A stretch of DNA of 64,000 nucleotides from NCBI RefSeq assembly GCF_964355755.1, contig NC_092676.1, positions 10,703,888 to 10,767,887 of the forward strand, given 5' to 3'. The stretch comes from Antedon mediterranea (lineage: Eukaryota > Animalia > Echinodermata). A program made the position numbers and the translations under genes. The notes under the pieces were generated by a model that worked only from the letters and a program-made list of their open reading frames with translations, ran no database searches and had not been told where the DNA came from. This document shows, in pieces, positions 12,301-25,900 of the stretch. The stretch's first letter is position 1, and every line of letters begins with the position of its first letter.

Positions 12301-13249
12301 CATTGTTAACATTCATTGTAGTGGGGATGATGGTTTACGATGGAACGAATTTCTTAATACACTTTCATCTGATCATAAAGGAAAAGTTCTTGCACACATA
12401 TTATGTATTGCAACTTTGTTTGAACTAAACGTGGCTAATTGTAATTTAACAGGTGATATAATAAATGCCATGATCACAGAGTGTTCCAATAAAGGAGGCA
12501 AGTTAAAAGTATATGACTTTAATATCAATAGTAATAATCTCAGCGGCATCGATGGTACTTTACTGTTTTCTTTATTGACTATTTCTCCTCAGCTAGATTC
12601 CCTTGACATGCACAATTGTAATCTATCAGGTCATTCAATAAATGATATGAGCAGAGAGTGTGCTAAGAGAGGAGGTGAATTGTCTTTAATCTATCTCAAT
12701 GTGAGTAGTAATAATCTCAGTGACATTGATGGTACTTTACTGGGGTCTTTATTGTCTATGTTCTCTAAGCAGAGGCCACTAAAAATGCCTAGGATTGATA
12801 CACTTGACATGCATGATTGTAATCTATCAGGTGAGATCATGAATGGTGTGATCAGAGAATGCTCAAATAGAGAGGTAATGTTAAGATTGTATGACCTCAA
12901 TATCAGTGGCAATAACCTCGGTGGCATTGATGGTACTTTACTATGTTCTTTATTGATTATGTCTCCTAGACTTTGTAAACTTCAAACACATAATTGCAAT
13001 CTATCAACTGATATTATGAATGGTATGATAACAGATTTTTCTAAAAGAGGAGTGAATACAAAGTCCTTAAAATATCTCAATATCAGTAGAAATGATCTCC
13101 GGAACATCAATAATACTTCACTGAAATCTTTATTGAGTGTGTGTCCTGAGCTACTTGACCTTAACATGCAAGAATGCAATCTATCAATTGACGTTAAGAA
13201 TGATGTGATCAGAGAGTGTTCTTACAGCAATGTCCACTTAGCATTATAA
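9342..13249 (+). pseudogene. NLR immune receptor: tandem DED-like death folds, NACHT NTPase and RI-like LRRs. Two frameshifts (about 9520 and 11790), so a pseudogene or an assembly indel. Coding exons 9342-9851, 10214-10252, 10371-10403, 10711-13249
   Basis: Walker A GEGGIGKTT, Walker B LLLDGLDE, VILTSR, NPMLL and HKLINE motifs; ~57-aa LRR repeats (LNISGNNL/LDMHNCNL); DED-like N-terminus (LKFCLFD, GDIAPNNVNILLEV); three GT-AG introns, all phase 1. Confidence 0.9.
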
Positions 13250-14039
13250 ATTCTCATCGAGGATTTGTTGTTGGGATGATTGGTATATTACTGGCATTTT
13301 TACTTGTACGTCTCTTAAACGTGTGATATTAATGAGTATGAATATTAAAAAAGAATGTATTTACATTGATTGTATTGCTTCTTTTAAAATATCTTGACTA
13401 ATGAATTGATCAGTTATACTTAGTGTAGTGTTTATTGACTTAACTTAATAATATATTCTTAAAAAATAAATGTCAATATCATTATACCTATACCGTAGTA
13501 TTCAGTTGTAAATGTACTGTATACGTTAATTATGTTTTTTGGGTTTTTTTTTTGCATGGTGCCATAATATCTTATTTGTATTTCTTTTCGCTCTGTATTT
13601 GTAGTAATGTATTGAACAATTTAACCATGTAAAAAGTTTAACTCTCATGCAGTATAGTAAATATATAATTATTTTTAATGTAAAATAATGCGCTATTTGG
13701 TAATCTAATAGTATTTAAGGAATGCTATAATTTATTACCCGCCGTTGTAATATAAGTAAATATGTTATTTAATATTTGAATAAACGAAATTAAAAAATGA
13801 TTGTGCATACTGTTTATTTTGTTTAATTCTGTAATGAGTAATTCATATATTTTATTCATCTATGTTTAGTAGGTCTACGTCAGCATTGAAGAAAATGTAT
13901 GGATTGAAATAAAGAAAATAATACGCACATACACTTACCCAAGCAAAATAAATAATAGCATTATATGTTGAGGATGATTTTTATCTAAAACAACAGCGAT
14001 TTCCAGGAACATTTCCTCAATGTCACCGAAAATATTTGT

Positions 14040-14200
14040 CATGGCTGACACATGGTGCCAACGACCTTTTGATGCTTCTTAGAAAGTTCATGTCTCACTG
14101 AGATACTTTGGCGCAATGTTGGTTTGCTTTGTAGTCACTAGTGATTAACTCCTAAATCTCTTATTATTATCTCAACAGCTTCAAATTCCAATTCCATAGT
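14040..14200 (-). mobile_element. CR1/L2 LINE ORF2 fragment
   Basis: Homologous to the LINE segment at about 38860-38990 (ctgagatactttggcgca, gtcactagtgattaactcctaa). Confidence 0.65.
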
Positions 14201-15499
14201 ATTTGCTATTTATTTTTATTTTTTATTTAACCTTATTTAGTGAGGATGATCCTAAACAGCATATGCTGACAATTAAGGGGCCCTCATATAAACATTATAA
14301 AAAAAACATATGGAAAAAGAAAAACGGATGAACTATGTTAAAAAATATATATATACATAAATACAAAATATAGCCTACAAAACTATACAAAAAGTTGAGG
14401 TTTTTCTTCTGGAATTAAATATTTTTTAGAGCAGACTTAAAATTGTTTATTGTTACCGCATTTCTCAGTTTGGTATTTTGGTGCTCTATAGATAAAGCTG
14501 TTGTAAAATTGTCGGTTTAGGGAAAGGGACGACAAATTTCCTCTCACGGACACATCGATGATGTAGGCAAGGCAGCCCAGTTGTAGATGTATGCGATATT
14601 GGACTGTATGAGGATTTAAAGTGTTATAAATGTTAGTTCGTGGTGTGAGAGGATGAGCTTTAAGGATACTGCGAAATGCTCTTGTATTTTTATATTTGAG
14701 TGTCCGAAGTGTGTGTATGTGTATGTATTTTTTTTATTATGAAAGTTGTTACCAAGCTATTAACTAATGTGGAAAAACGGCATCACTTTTTTTTGGTGAA
14801 GAAACTGTAAAGTTTGCTGGCTTCAAAATTCCATTATTCCTTGAAGTGATGATCGGAAATAACGCGTCTACGTCTCACAACACCTAGGATCACGAAACCT
14901 AAGACCTAATATTACAAATTCTAAGATATACGACAGCTTAAAAATATACATACTGCTAAACATAGTAGGTTTAATGTATTAATGCTTTTTACCATAAATA
15001 TAATATCACAACTATTTTGGGATTTTATGCCCTAAATAAAACCCAATCTTCACATTTTTAAATATCCTATCATTGTTCATTAAGTCATTGTATAAAGTCT
15101 TGTAATTTAGAAACTTATAATCCTGTACTTTCAATAGATAGAAATGAAAAAATACAGTTGGTACTGTATTAAACATTGAAATTAAATGTCTTTTGCGATT
15201 TGGGATCGAAATCTATTTCTGATAGCAAGATAAAGACTATTCGGTAAACAAAATATGAATGAAAAAAAAGAGAAGTCATTACTACAGTTGAAAATAATTT
15301 GGATTCCAACAACGAACAATTCAATTCAATTCAAAATTTTATTTCACAACAGAAAAAAAGTATATCGATAAATAAATATTAACATAATGGTTTGAGTGAA
15401 ATTGGTACCCACTGTAAGCTTAATAGCTTTTAGCATGGGAAGCTATAATTATATCAATAAACAATATTATACAGATATTGACTGCTTAGAGGTTAAATA

Positions 15500-16890
15500 T
15501 AAGATTTGACATCCAGAGGGAATGATATTTTTTTCGAGGGAATATATATTTCCATTTCTGAAATGAAATGTTTGCTTCTTGCGAATAAGCATTTGTTTCC
15601 TGATGTTCCTGGTGAAATTAATGGAGTTTACCATGACGTGGATGTGGGCAAGGCCAAGCCAATCAAACAACACATAAACCCAATAAAGAGAAAGTGATGC
15701 AAGCAGAAGTGGACTATGTGTTGAAAAATGGCATCATCGAACACAGCAACAGTGACTGGAGTTCTTCTTGTCTGCTCGTACCAAAAGCGGATAAGACTTA
15801 TCGATTCTGTACGGATTATAGAAAAGTCAACAATGTTACCATCACAGATTCATATCCATTACCTAGAATTAATGACTGCATTGATAACATCGGTAACGCT
15901 AAATATGTAAGCAAGCTAGACTTACTTAAAGGGTACTGGCAAATTCCCCTGACTGAGGAGAGAGCAAAACGTATATCTGCATTTGCCATGAGCACTGGTT
16001 TATACCGTACCAGTATAAACGCATGCCCTTCGGAATGAAGAATGCTCCACCACGATTTCAACGATGAACTAGTCCGAGATATTGATGGCTGTGACGGTTA
16101 TATTGATGATTTAATCATCTACAGTAGTTCATGGAGTGCACGCCTGAACATTTTGAGAACTTTATTTGAACGATTAACTCAGCGGAACATAACTGTCAAC
16201 TTGATAAAATGCGAATTTGGCCATGGAACAGTCTGTATCTGGGTCATACAACAGTTGTGAGTGGACACGTCCGACCAATTGACGCCAAGATCCGATCAAT
16301 CAATAAATTTCCTGTCCCAGAGAATAAACGACAACTGATGCGGTTTCTTGGAATGGCGGGATACTACCGAAAGTTATGTAAGAACTTTTCCACAATTGCC
16401 GCACCACTAACAGCTAATTTAGCCAAAAACACTACACATGGTCGAAAGAGTGTGATATCGCCTTTTAACATCAAAGCGTCATTGATAAGCGGTCCAGTCC
16501 TTTACGCTCATAATTTTGACAAGAAGTTCCTGTTTTTGTCGACGCCAGCGGAGTCGGTGCCGGAGCAGTTCTAATGCAGAAAAGCGAGGATGGAACTGAA
16601 TACCCAATATGTTATTTTTCAAAGAAGTTTTGATAGACACCAAAAGAACTACTCGACGGTTGAACAAGAATGGTTAGCCTTAATGTTAGCCTTAACTAAC
16701 TTTGACATTTACTTGTCGTCTGTCCCATCAGTGTACATACGGACAATAACTCGCTCACCTTAATTAAGAAAATGAAATTAAAAATCAGAGAATTCTAAGG
16801 TGCGGACTGATGTTACAGGAGTATAATTTGGACTTTCACTTCATAAAAGGCAAGGATAATGTTTTTGCAGATGTCTTGTCTCGAGCACAT
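15500..16890 (+). mobile_element. Decayed Ty3/Gypsy pol (RT then RNase H), Gmr1-like domain order
   Basis: Frameshifted ORFs with RFCTDYRKVN, LDLLKGYWQIPL, YIDD, FLGMAGYYR and IKGKDNVFADVLSR; pol ends after RNase H with no downstream integrase. Confidence 0.9.
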
Positions 16891-17042
16891 AAAATTGATG
16901 CGACATATTATATTCACTTAATTTGTTATTATATGCATGCTTTTCCTAATTTTTATTTTACTTTACTCCTAGTTATGTATATTGTCTTAGAGGGCGTTTT
17001 CCCCAGAAAGTTTTTAAAACTTTCTTATGATAGGGCGGGGAG

Positions 17043-17552
17043 TGTCACATAGCTGTTTACTGTACTAGCTTGTTTATGAATATATTGCTGTGTGCACTTT
17101 CGCTGTGGAATATAATTAATCCCTTGTCCACTTACTTAGGACTTTAACGATTTTTGGTATGTCCGAATCTACCCCACTTGGTCATCAATTTGACATATTG
17201 ATGACCATGTTTACCAACTTTGTATAATTATCAGCATCAGACCACTTTCTATTTTTAAATTGTGTTACCCAGTGTATTCTGATTTGGATAAGTACCTATA
17301 TGCAAAATAGTTAACTACCCCCTCTAAATAGCAGCTATACCCAAAGATTGTTAGTTGTTGTGTGGTTCTTCTCTGCAATTCTGGGTAAGACTATTATTTT
17401 TGTTCTTTAATTTTCACCACCTCCTAAATTGTCCAATATCTAATATATTTTATGTTATTTTATTTGGTTATCGTTGTGTAAATAATTTGTAATATTGTAA
17501 CTCCAGTTCTTACTTCTTTCTGTACATGTGTTATTGAGCCGTGCATGTGACA
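17043..17552 (+). mobile_element. 3' LTR of the Gypsy element
   Basis: Polypurine tract agggcggggag immediately before TGTCACA; ends TGTGACA (7-bp terminal inverted repeat). Confidence 0.8.
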
Positions 17553-19068
17553 CATTAATCTTTTTGGTCCAAGAATAAACTAAGCCAGTCAAATAAAGAA
17601 GTTTTAGTTTAATGAGCTTTCTTATTTTGTATGTTCAATTTTTTATTCTTGGATATTTCTAATCATTTTTCTATATTTTGTTTACCCCACAAATCATTAT
17701 CCGTCCACATACATAAAAACAAGATAACATAGCATGCATACAGAAAACTATTGCATTACGCCTAATTGATTTATGTGATAACAGTTGCCATTATTCTTTA
17801 ATTTGCGCACGGCTTTTATCTCGAATAACCATAATATTCTTCTTCAAAAACCTGCTGATCATTATCTAGGGACCTTTCTCTCAAACGGACACTTTCGGAG
17901 CCCAACACAAAATGTACCTTTAATAGTATGTCCCCTTGAATAGAAGATGTGTTTAGTTTCAATCTATAAACAAAAATAAACCATTTAAAATGTTTTCGCC
18001 AATAATTGTCGCTTATTATTTGTAAACTTTTTACTGTATAGATTTTCTACTGCTAATTGAAAAGTATATAATTCTTGCTTTTGACTTGTATAAAGACAAA
18101 AATATAATTAATATATCATAATAGTATACTAAGCGAATTGTTGCCGCGCAACGCCCCTTCCCGCCGTGCGTTCTGTATGTTTGTTCTGTTTAGAACACAC
18201 CCACACAAAGTGTACGTTCTTAAATTCTCGCAATTTATTTAAAGTGTATTTGATCGGTGAAAATTGCGTAAGTGTTTTTATTTATTTATTTTTTAAAAGG
18301 CTTATGCCTAGGTCTAGTATGTGTAACATCCCAAGACACTTCCTGTTTTTTAATGCAAAATTTAAGAAAGTTAAGTTATACATTGAAGTAAAATTGCTTG
18401 GGCCTCTAGGCCTAGAATAGGCTGCAGTGTACATGTACTAATGCAAGGGCCTAGCTAGGCTAGGTCTACTAGGCTACTAACTATAGGTAGCCTAGGTCTA
18501 GCTAGTAAACTAGGCCTAGGCCTAGTTGTAGGCATAGCCTATGCCAGAAGCCTACCACATGATACCATTCTTACCTAAAAATATAAAGTGAATCCAAGGC
18601 CTAGGCCTAGGCCAGGTCTAGAATGGTTGGCCTAGGTTACCTCTAGGCAGGCCTAGGCCTAGGGCATAATCTAAGTATTTTATTTAACTATGTATTGTGT
18701 ATTCTACTTTTAACGTATTTTAATATTTGTTTATTTTATAAATTTGTATAATAAAATAATAAAACTTATGTTAAGCTTGTAATTTGTACTCTTATCTCTC
18801 TTTTGTTCCTGTATTGTTTTATTTTTATACCTCTCCCGTTTCATTGATTGCTTTTAATCTTTGTTCTTGTTATGCTTTTTCTTTTCTGTTATTGTAAATT
18901 GAACTATATGAATGAACAACGTTTTAGGCATAGATGTGTGACCTGTATGTGACCTAGGTCTATTTATCAGTAGGCCTACTAGGCCTATCTCTAAGTATAA
19001 ATTAAAATATTTATATCATTGTATAATGATTTAATATAATAATTCTATTTTTAAAAGAGAAAACAGAT

Positions 19069-19560
19069 ATGGATGAAAATATCGAAGACGTACAAATAGA
19101 CAGATTTTTAGATAACGCCTCTATCAAAGAACTAAATAATATCCGAGTAGAAGTGCCAGAGTTAGAACATCACGGTAAACACTGGTTTCTTGATGATCTA
19201 AACGCTGTAAAAGAACGATTGAGCTACATACATTTATGGGAAATACACACTGAAGCGAAAAGAGTGGTAAAGAATTGCCTTGAACGTGCACATATGAACT
19301 ATGAACATCTCGAACAGCATCACTTGTATAATCATGAAAAAATACAATCAAGAAATAAACATGGCGACCACGACGAGCGTAGATTCAGGGAGAATACTGC
19401 TGAAACGAAATATTTACAAGAACATAAGAAGGTCAATCGTGAACTTTATGATACGGCAAAAAATCTTTGTGGATTTACTGTAAATCAAGCTTTGCATGAA
19501 CTATCACAGGAGAAAAACAACAGTAGACTTCGTGCGTTATTCAACAAATGTAAAACATAG
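19069..19560 (+). CDS. Uncharacterised 163-aa His/Glu-rich, probably helical protein (single coding exon)
   Basis: Uninterrupted 492-bp ORF in very AT-rich DNA with globular-protein composition; acceptor-like AG just upstream of the ATG; GC-rich promoter-like patch at about 18130-18170. Confidence 0.7.
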   Translation: MDENIEDVQIDRFLDNASIKELNNIRVEVPELEHHGKHWFLDDLNAVKERLSYIHLWEIHTEAKRVVKNCLERAHMNYEHLEQHHLYNHEKIQSRNKHGDHDERRFRENTAETKYLQEHKKVNRELYDTAKNLCGFTVNQALHELSQEKNNSRLRALFNKCKT

Positions 19561-19949
19561 ACTTTTCTTTTTTAATGCTGATGATCTTTAAAAACATTCA
19601 TCAATCTGTGTTAAAATATCTTTTTTGAAGTTGAATTTAATTGAAATGAACAAAATGAAAGTGTCTTTAAATTCGTTGTTATTTCAGTTGTATGAGGCTC
19701 ATTTCGAATACTACAATTACTATTTTGAGGCGGTCAAAATAGAAAGGCTCCAATGTGCTTGGTTTTTTTACTTAACCAGTCTCATTAATTGTTCACATTT
19801 TGTTGACACTAATATAAATGTTATACATTTAAAAAATTATCATTATAAGTATTTTAAAATATCAGAAAACGATTGAAATCCCTAAATTATCCTTAAAAGA
19901 CATACAAGAAGTCCAAATTGTCCAAGTTAAACTCGTTTACCAAATTAAT

Positions 19950-22900
19950 GATTAAAAAAACAGTCGTTTACCAAATTACTGATATAAATAACAATGATTT
20001 TAGGAGAGTGTTCGTTTAATAAGGCTTCTGCAGAGATCTTCAACACGTTGAAGTTTGATTTCTGTCTCGAACGTTTCCAGAATAAAAAATCGGAGAAACG
20101 CACATCTATGCTGTCTATTTATCAAATAGTATCTTAAGTGATTTTCTCAGTAGCTACTTGCGCCATCTCTCCAATTGGCATACTTGAATAAAATGGAGAG
20201 GAAAAAACATCAACATTGCACAATGTTGTTTACTCAGAATAGATCGATAGAAACTTCACAAGACTATATTGATACCGTTGGCTATGCATGCCAGACGTTT
20301 TCTTTATACAAGCACAGCAAAGCTTCTGAGAGTACAAAGATGAGCACATATGCCATTTTAAGAAATTACGTGGCGTGATAAAGGAATACAAAAGCGTCAC
20401 ATTGGATATAGTATATTTTTCTATTTTTTTGTATATGTATTGTAATTAAACTTATTTATTAATAACGTGATTCCGGTTTACTGTTTCCTTCGTCCGAAAA
20501 AAAACACCATTATTATTATTCTATTGGTAAACTACCTGTACACGTTTATGGTCTGTGGCAGCTTCCGTCCAACAGTTTCGGGGAGAAGTAAACATGATAG
20601 GCTCGACAAAAACGACAAGCAGCTGAAGAACAGAACGGGGAGTGGTTTCCACCAATACGATAGCAGCGGAACTAAAGGTGAAAATATGCTTCCAAATCTA
20701 CCCGCCATTGAGGCAACACCCATGCCAGCACTCCTATATATTCAAAATATGTATCATTGTTAATTTAACAATGATTTAACAAGTGTATGATTCTCAAAAT
20801 TGTTATATTGATATGGAACTTCATACTATTTTTTCGGACATACAGTAAAATAAGCGTGTTGGTGGTTTCTAATTGATGGCGTAATTTAAATCTGAGGTTC
20901 TCCGAAAAAATGAATTCTACACATCTTACCTAACAGGGGTTGGATATACTTCAGCCGAATGAACAAATATTGAACCAAAGGCAGATGTAACAGCATATTT
21001 ACCAACCATGACAATCGTAACCAAAACCGCTCCAGGTTCTACAATGGAAATGACCGAGTATGCTTAAAGTTAACACAGAGTTACCTAAACAATTTGAGTG
21101 ACCATGATATATTTGTGTCCCCCCTGAACAATATTTTTTTAAACAAAGTTTTTGTTAAAAACATGCAATGTATTGCTACATAACAGGTCAAAAAATTGGA
21201 CGGGAAAAAATTGACCTGAAAAAATGTCTTAAAAACAGAAAATGTTTAATTTTATGTGTGTGTAACAATTTATTTTGACCTTTTATAAATAAAACCATTA
21301 CTTTTGTTAAGGTTTTTCCAGGGAAGTGAGCAAATATAATAATTTTCAGAGAAGAGTGACATTTATTCACTCTTCCATGATCTTTAACCAACAAACTTGT
21401 ATCACTTCGAAAATAATAATTTATGAATACCGGGTGATACTTACTAATAAAACCAGCAGTCAGACATGATATTGTCGACGTCATCATAAACAAACAGAAC
21501 ATTCTACGGCGGCCATACTTATCAATCAATACCAGAGTGGTGAAATGTGCTGGATATTCAAGAAATCCATTTATTATAAATACTAGGTAAGGGTCAATAC
21601 CCAGACCAGATGTACTTATTGAGATCCCAAAGTACACCATTACAACTACAAACCTAAATAAATAAAAACAAAATAGGCCTACTATAAAATGTATTACTAA
21701 AGGTCAGAATGTTTCACATTTATATTAATCATCTACCAAAATCAACTAACTATATTGATTTCCATTTATTCGCTGATGATTCAAATGTATTCCATTCGTA
21801 CTCCAATAACCAACTTTAATTTAGATAAAATTATTAAATGGTGTTATGCTAATTAAAGTTAACTAATAATTAAAACAAAACTAACTATTTTGTTTTTTAA
21901 AACAGAAGAAACATCTTGATCAAAATTGGATCTCTATTTATTGGAGAGAATGTAATTGAAGTAGATAAAGTCTTGTTTGTTGATTTGTTTTGATAAATTT
22001 CTTTCATGAAAAAATCATATTGATACCTTATGAACTTTAACAAAATTCGGCTTTCTTTAAAAACAAATTACAATACGCAATCATTATTTATTTGATTTCA
22101 GTACTGCCGATAAGAATCCTTATAATATTGGAATTTTTTCGGAATGCAAATAACAGTAATTTGTCTTGAATTTATAAATATGCAAAAGGTTATCAAAATA
22201 TGAAAACATACCAGTTGAACATAATAATCAGACTATACAATCGCAGTTTTGAATCACGAAATATGTCAAATACTGTGTATACACGTTTGGATTGTTGCTG
22301 AAGAAAATAAATAATATTCGAAGAAGTTATTTCTTAATAATGGTTTAATTCTGTCTTTTGTAACTCAATTTCAAACCAACCCTACCAAACCTACTCCCAA
22401 TTTATCACCTCATTACTTTTAAAAGGAAATAAAGTTGGATACAAATGTTATCAAATTGTATATAAATAAACTATTTGCTTTACAGAAAAATATACATGTA
22501 CAATCGACCTTCAGTACGCCTGGACTAGAGTGAGGCCATCGAAAAAAAAAAAAATAAAGGGAGCATGCTAGTTGATAAAAATGGGTGTATTGTGTGTACC
22601 TACCACTTTGGGTAAATTCAAAAATGATTCCGTAGGAAGTGAGGTGTTCTCTTTACCAATTAACTTTCTTAATGCAATCTCAGCTCTACTTTTAAAACCT
22701 CTAGACAGTAACCATCGCGGTGACTCCGGTAAAAATCTAAATCAAGTATTATAACGAAATAAATATGATGTGTGTTTGTTATTTGCGTTTGTCTAAAGAA
22801 TCCAAATGTCAGGTCCAGATGAATTGTACATTCAAAATCCGAAATATGTTTTGCACACAATTCTAATGTAATTATATAATGATAAATTTTCTTATAATTG

Positions 22901-25900
22901 TTATTAAACACACTACCTCAGTATTTTCAGTAATTTTTAATTCACTTATTAACTAATTAATAACTTATTAACACTAATAAATGTAAGAAATAAAAGGAGT
23001 AACCCTTACGGTAAGTAAAAAAGACTGAATGCAGCAGGAATCGCCAGTACAAGTTGAATTGTTCTCCAATCTCGTACAAAGTAAGCGACCAATGTGAGTA
23101 TAATTATACCAGTTGACCAACAAAAACCTAGTAGTGTTGATAATCGTGTTCTCCATTTTACTCCAGCTAATTCAGATACTATAAATAATGAATGAAACTT
23201 CATGACAACTAAAAACCAAAACATAACAATATTATCGTATGGAGCTAGATCATTGATGTGATGCAATAGTCCGCATTCTAATGTAAAGATTAATTAGTTA
23301 TTTTTGTTGTTGTATTACCCAAAAAATGAATGTCTTGTCTTATTTCGTTGTGTGTTATTATTCTATAAGAACTGATTAAGAATGAGCTATCCTGTAAACT
23401 TAAATACAATTTATAATTATTAATTATACACAGTGTAAAATCCACCAAAAAGATTCCCATGGCAGCAGTGGCAGTCACAAATCTTAAAAGAGTATACATC
23501 TTAAAAGACTGTGCAAACGAAGTTGCTATGCCAGCTCCACTTTGTACAACAACGCATATCATAATGGTTGGTTTACGCCCAATCCTATAAGAAGATAGAT
23601 ATTAAGTACATGGTCAGTTTGCCAACTGCTTTGGTTTATCCGTATTTTAGTTCGTTAGTGACATTTGTTAATTAGACAGTTAATTGATTAATTTGGCAGA
23701 TTCAATGATTACTTTCGCTTTTGCGTCAGTTGCAATGATCATTTGCAGTTCTTTTATTGTATTTGTGAGAAATGCGTTTCAAAAGTGTCAGTCACAACAA
23801 CAAATTACGACACACACACGTCATTTGGTTGTATCTAAACTTTTCCTATACAATTTAAATATGTTGTTATTGTCTACTTTTTTAAAATCTGTCAACAATG
23901 TGTTTTGTTCTGTTCCATCAACGGGTTTTAAACATTATTTTATAGACTAACTTGTACGTGTTCCAATATATAAATAAAGAGGTGTAAGGAGAAAATTACT
24001 GTAATTATCATATTAGAAAACATCATTTCTGAGCTTACCAATCAGCTAAAGAGCCAAATATTATGGATCCTACGAGAACTCCAGAAAAATAAACTGACTG
24101 AGCAAGCGCTGTCTTGACATTGTCATCACATACCAATTCAAACTGTTAAGATATATATATATATATAGATATATATTTTAGATAAAATTATTATCATTAT
24201 TAATGAACTGAACTGGATTGTGTATTGTGGATTATTTGAAGTTATATATTATCAATTATTACAAACAGTATAAAAAAAACTTGAAAAACATCATCATCAT
24301 AAACACCATTTATTTCAAAAAAATGGTGGCATCATCTAGAAAGCAAAATGTTTGTGTCAGGGACGCCATTAACAAAACAGACAAAGAAAACAACAAACAC
24401 ACATAAATATAACATAAATAAATATAAGTATAAAAGACTTAAAACGTCAAGTGGTACATTTCAATTGTAGCATAAATCATAATAATGCATTTCATTGACT
24501 AATGGTGAATAGTATTAAACAATTTTAGTTAATATCTAAAACTATTTAAATTTTTGTGTTTTTGGAACGAAAGAGGCAAAGCATTTAAAAGTTTTGCAAA
24601 GATTATCGAATACATTTCTGAAATATAGTGGTCCTGTGTTTTGGAAGATGAATATAAGAGGATGACTTCATGTTGTAATTATACAAATTGACATTAAGTT
24701 TAAACATGTCGTAAAATATTTGGGGGTAATTATGATGAATACAGTTAGAAATTTCAGGATATTATCCTTAACTGACAATGGACTAAGTTCTTTAAATAGA
24801 GGACCCGTATTAGCTGTAAAAGAAGATTTTGAAATTATACGTATGATTTTTTTTAAGCAATGTTAATTTAGTAATATTTGATTGAAAGGTCCCCTCAGAC
24901 TACGTTACAATATGAAAAATAAGGACAGTATTATATAAGGTATAAGATATTTACAGGAAGTAAACGTTTAATTATTTTGATTACTCCTATACTTTTAGAT
25001 ACAGTTACCAATTAATGGATATGGTATTTCCAAGTTAACTGCTCATCATTGAAAACACAGAGACACTTTGTTTTTTCTATTTTTTAAATGTCATAATTGT
25101 TAAGTAACATTTTTCAATTATTCACATCATCAGCCTTCTTTTTATAAAACTTTTTTAAATAAAAAAAAATAAAAATCTGTTAATGTAATGATAATCCACA
25201 AGTCATCATTACTGTAAAATAAATTTGTATCATCGGCATTATAATATAAAGTAAAAAAGATGCGATGTTTAAAAAATGTCATTAGCATATTCTAATAATG
25301 TTAATGACATTTAAAAAAGCCTAAAACAATACTCCTTTTTGTATAAAGAAATCGTCCAACATTAAGCAGACTCTAAAATCTTATCTTATGAATACGATAC
25401 TGCTATAATCTGAAGTCACTCCTTTAACTGTATTTTGTGTCTTTCCTTGAATATGATACTATTTCACTTATAACCTTTTAGCTGTAGCCTTACGTACTGA
25501 TTTTATAGTTGTTTATATTATTTGTATCTGTGTGGCTCTGGTTAATAAAGTAAATCAATCAATCAATCAATTCCAATAATAATGGTGCTAGTAGTGGAGC
25601 CTTGTGGTACTCCACATGTTACATTTTTAAGATCCGACTGCAAAGATTTATATTTTGTACACTGGGGTCGACTTTCAAGATAACTTTTAAACCATTGCAA
25701 TGTAACACCATTATACATTTTTTGTTTTTGTTTATCATATCAAAGGCTTTTGATAGATCCAAAAAATCCTATTTTATTTATTTTTATTTTATTTTATGTC
25801 TTTAGGCAATGTGGCCAAGGATTACCAATAGTGAATTAATCACTGTCCTATCAGATAGGTGGTAATCCCCCTGATACAGGGGCTATTGTGTGAACCAGTT

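Noticed and set aside
10868-13179. Minus-strand ORFs over the NLR
   Set aside because: Antisense shadows of the real coding strand with no independent motifs.
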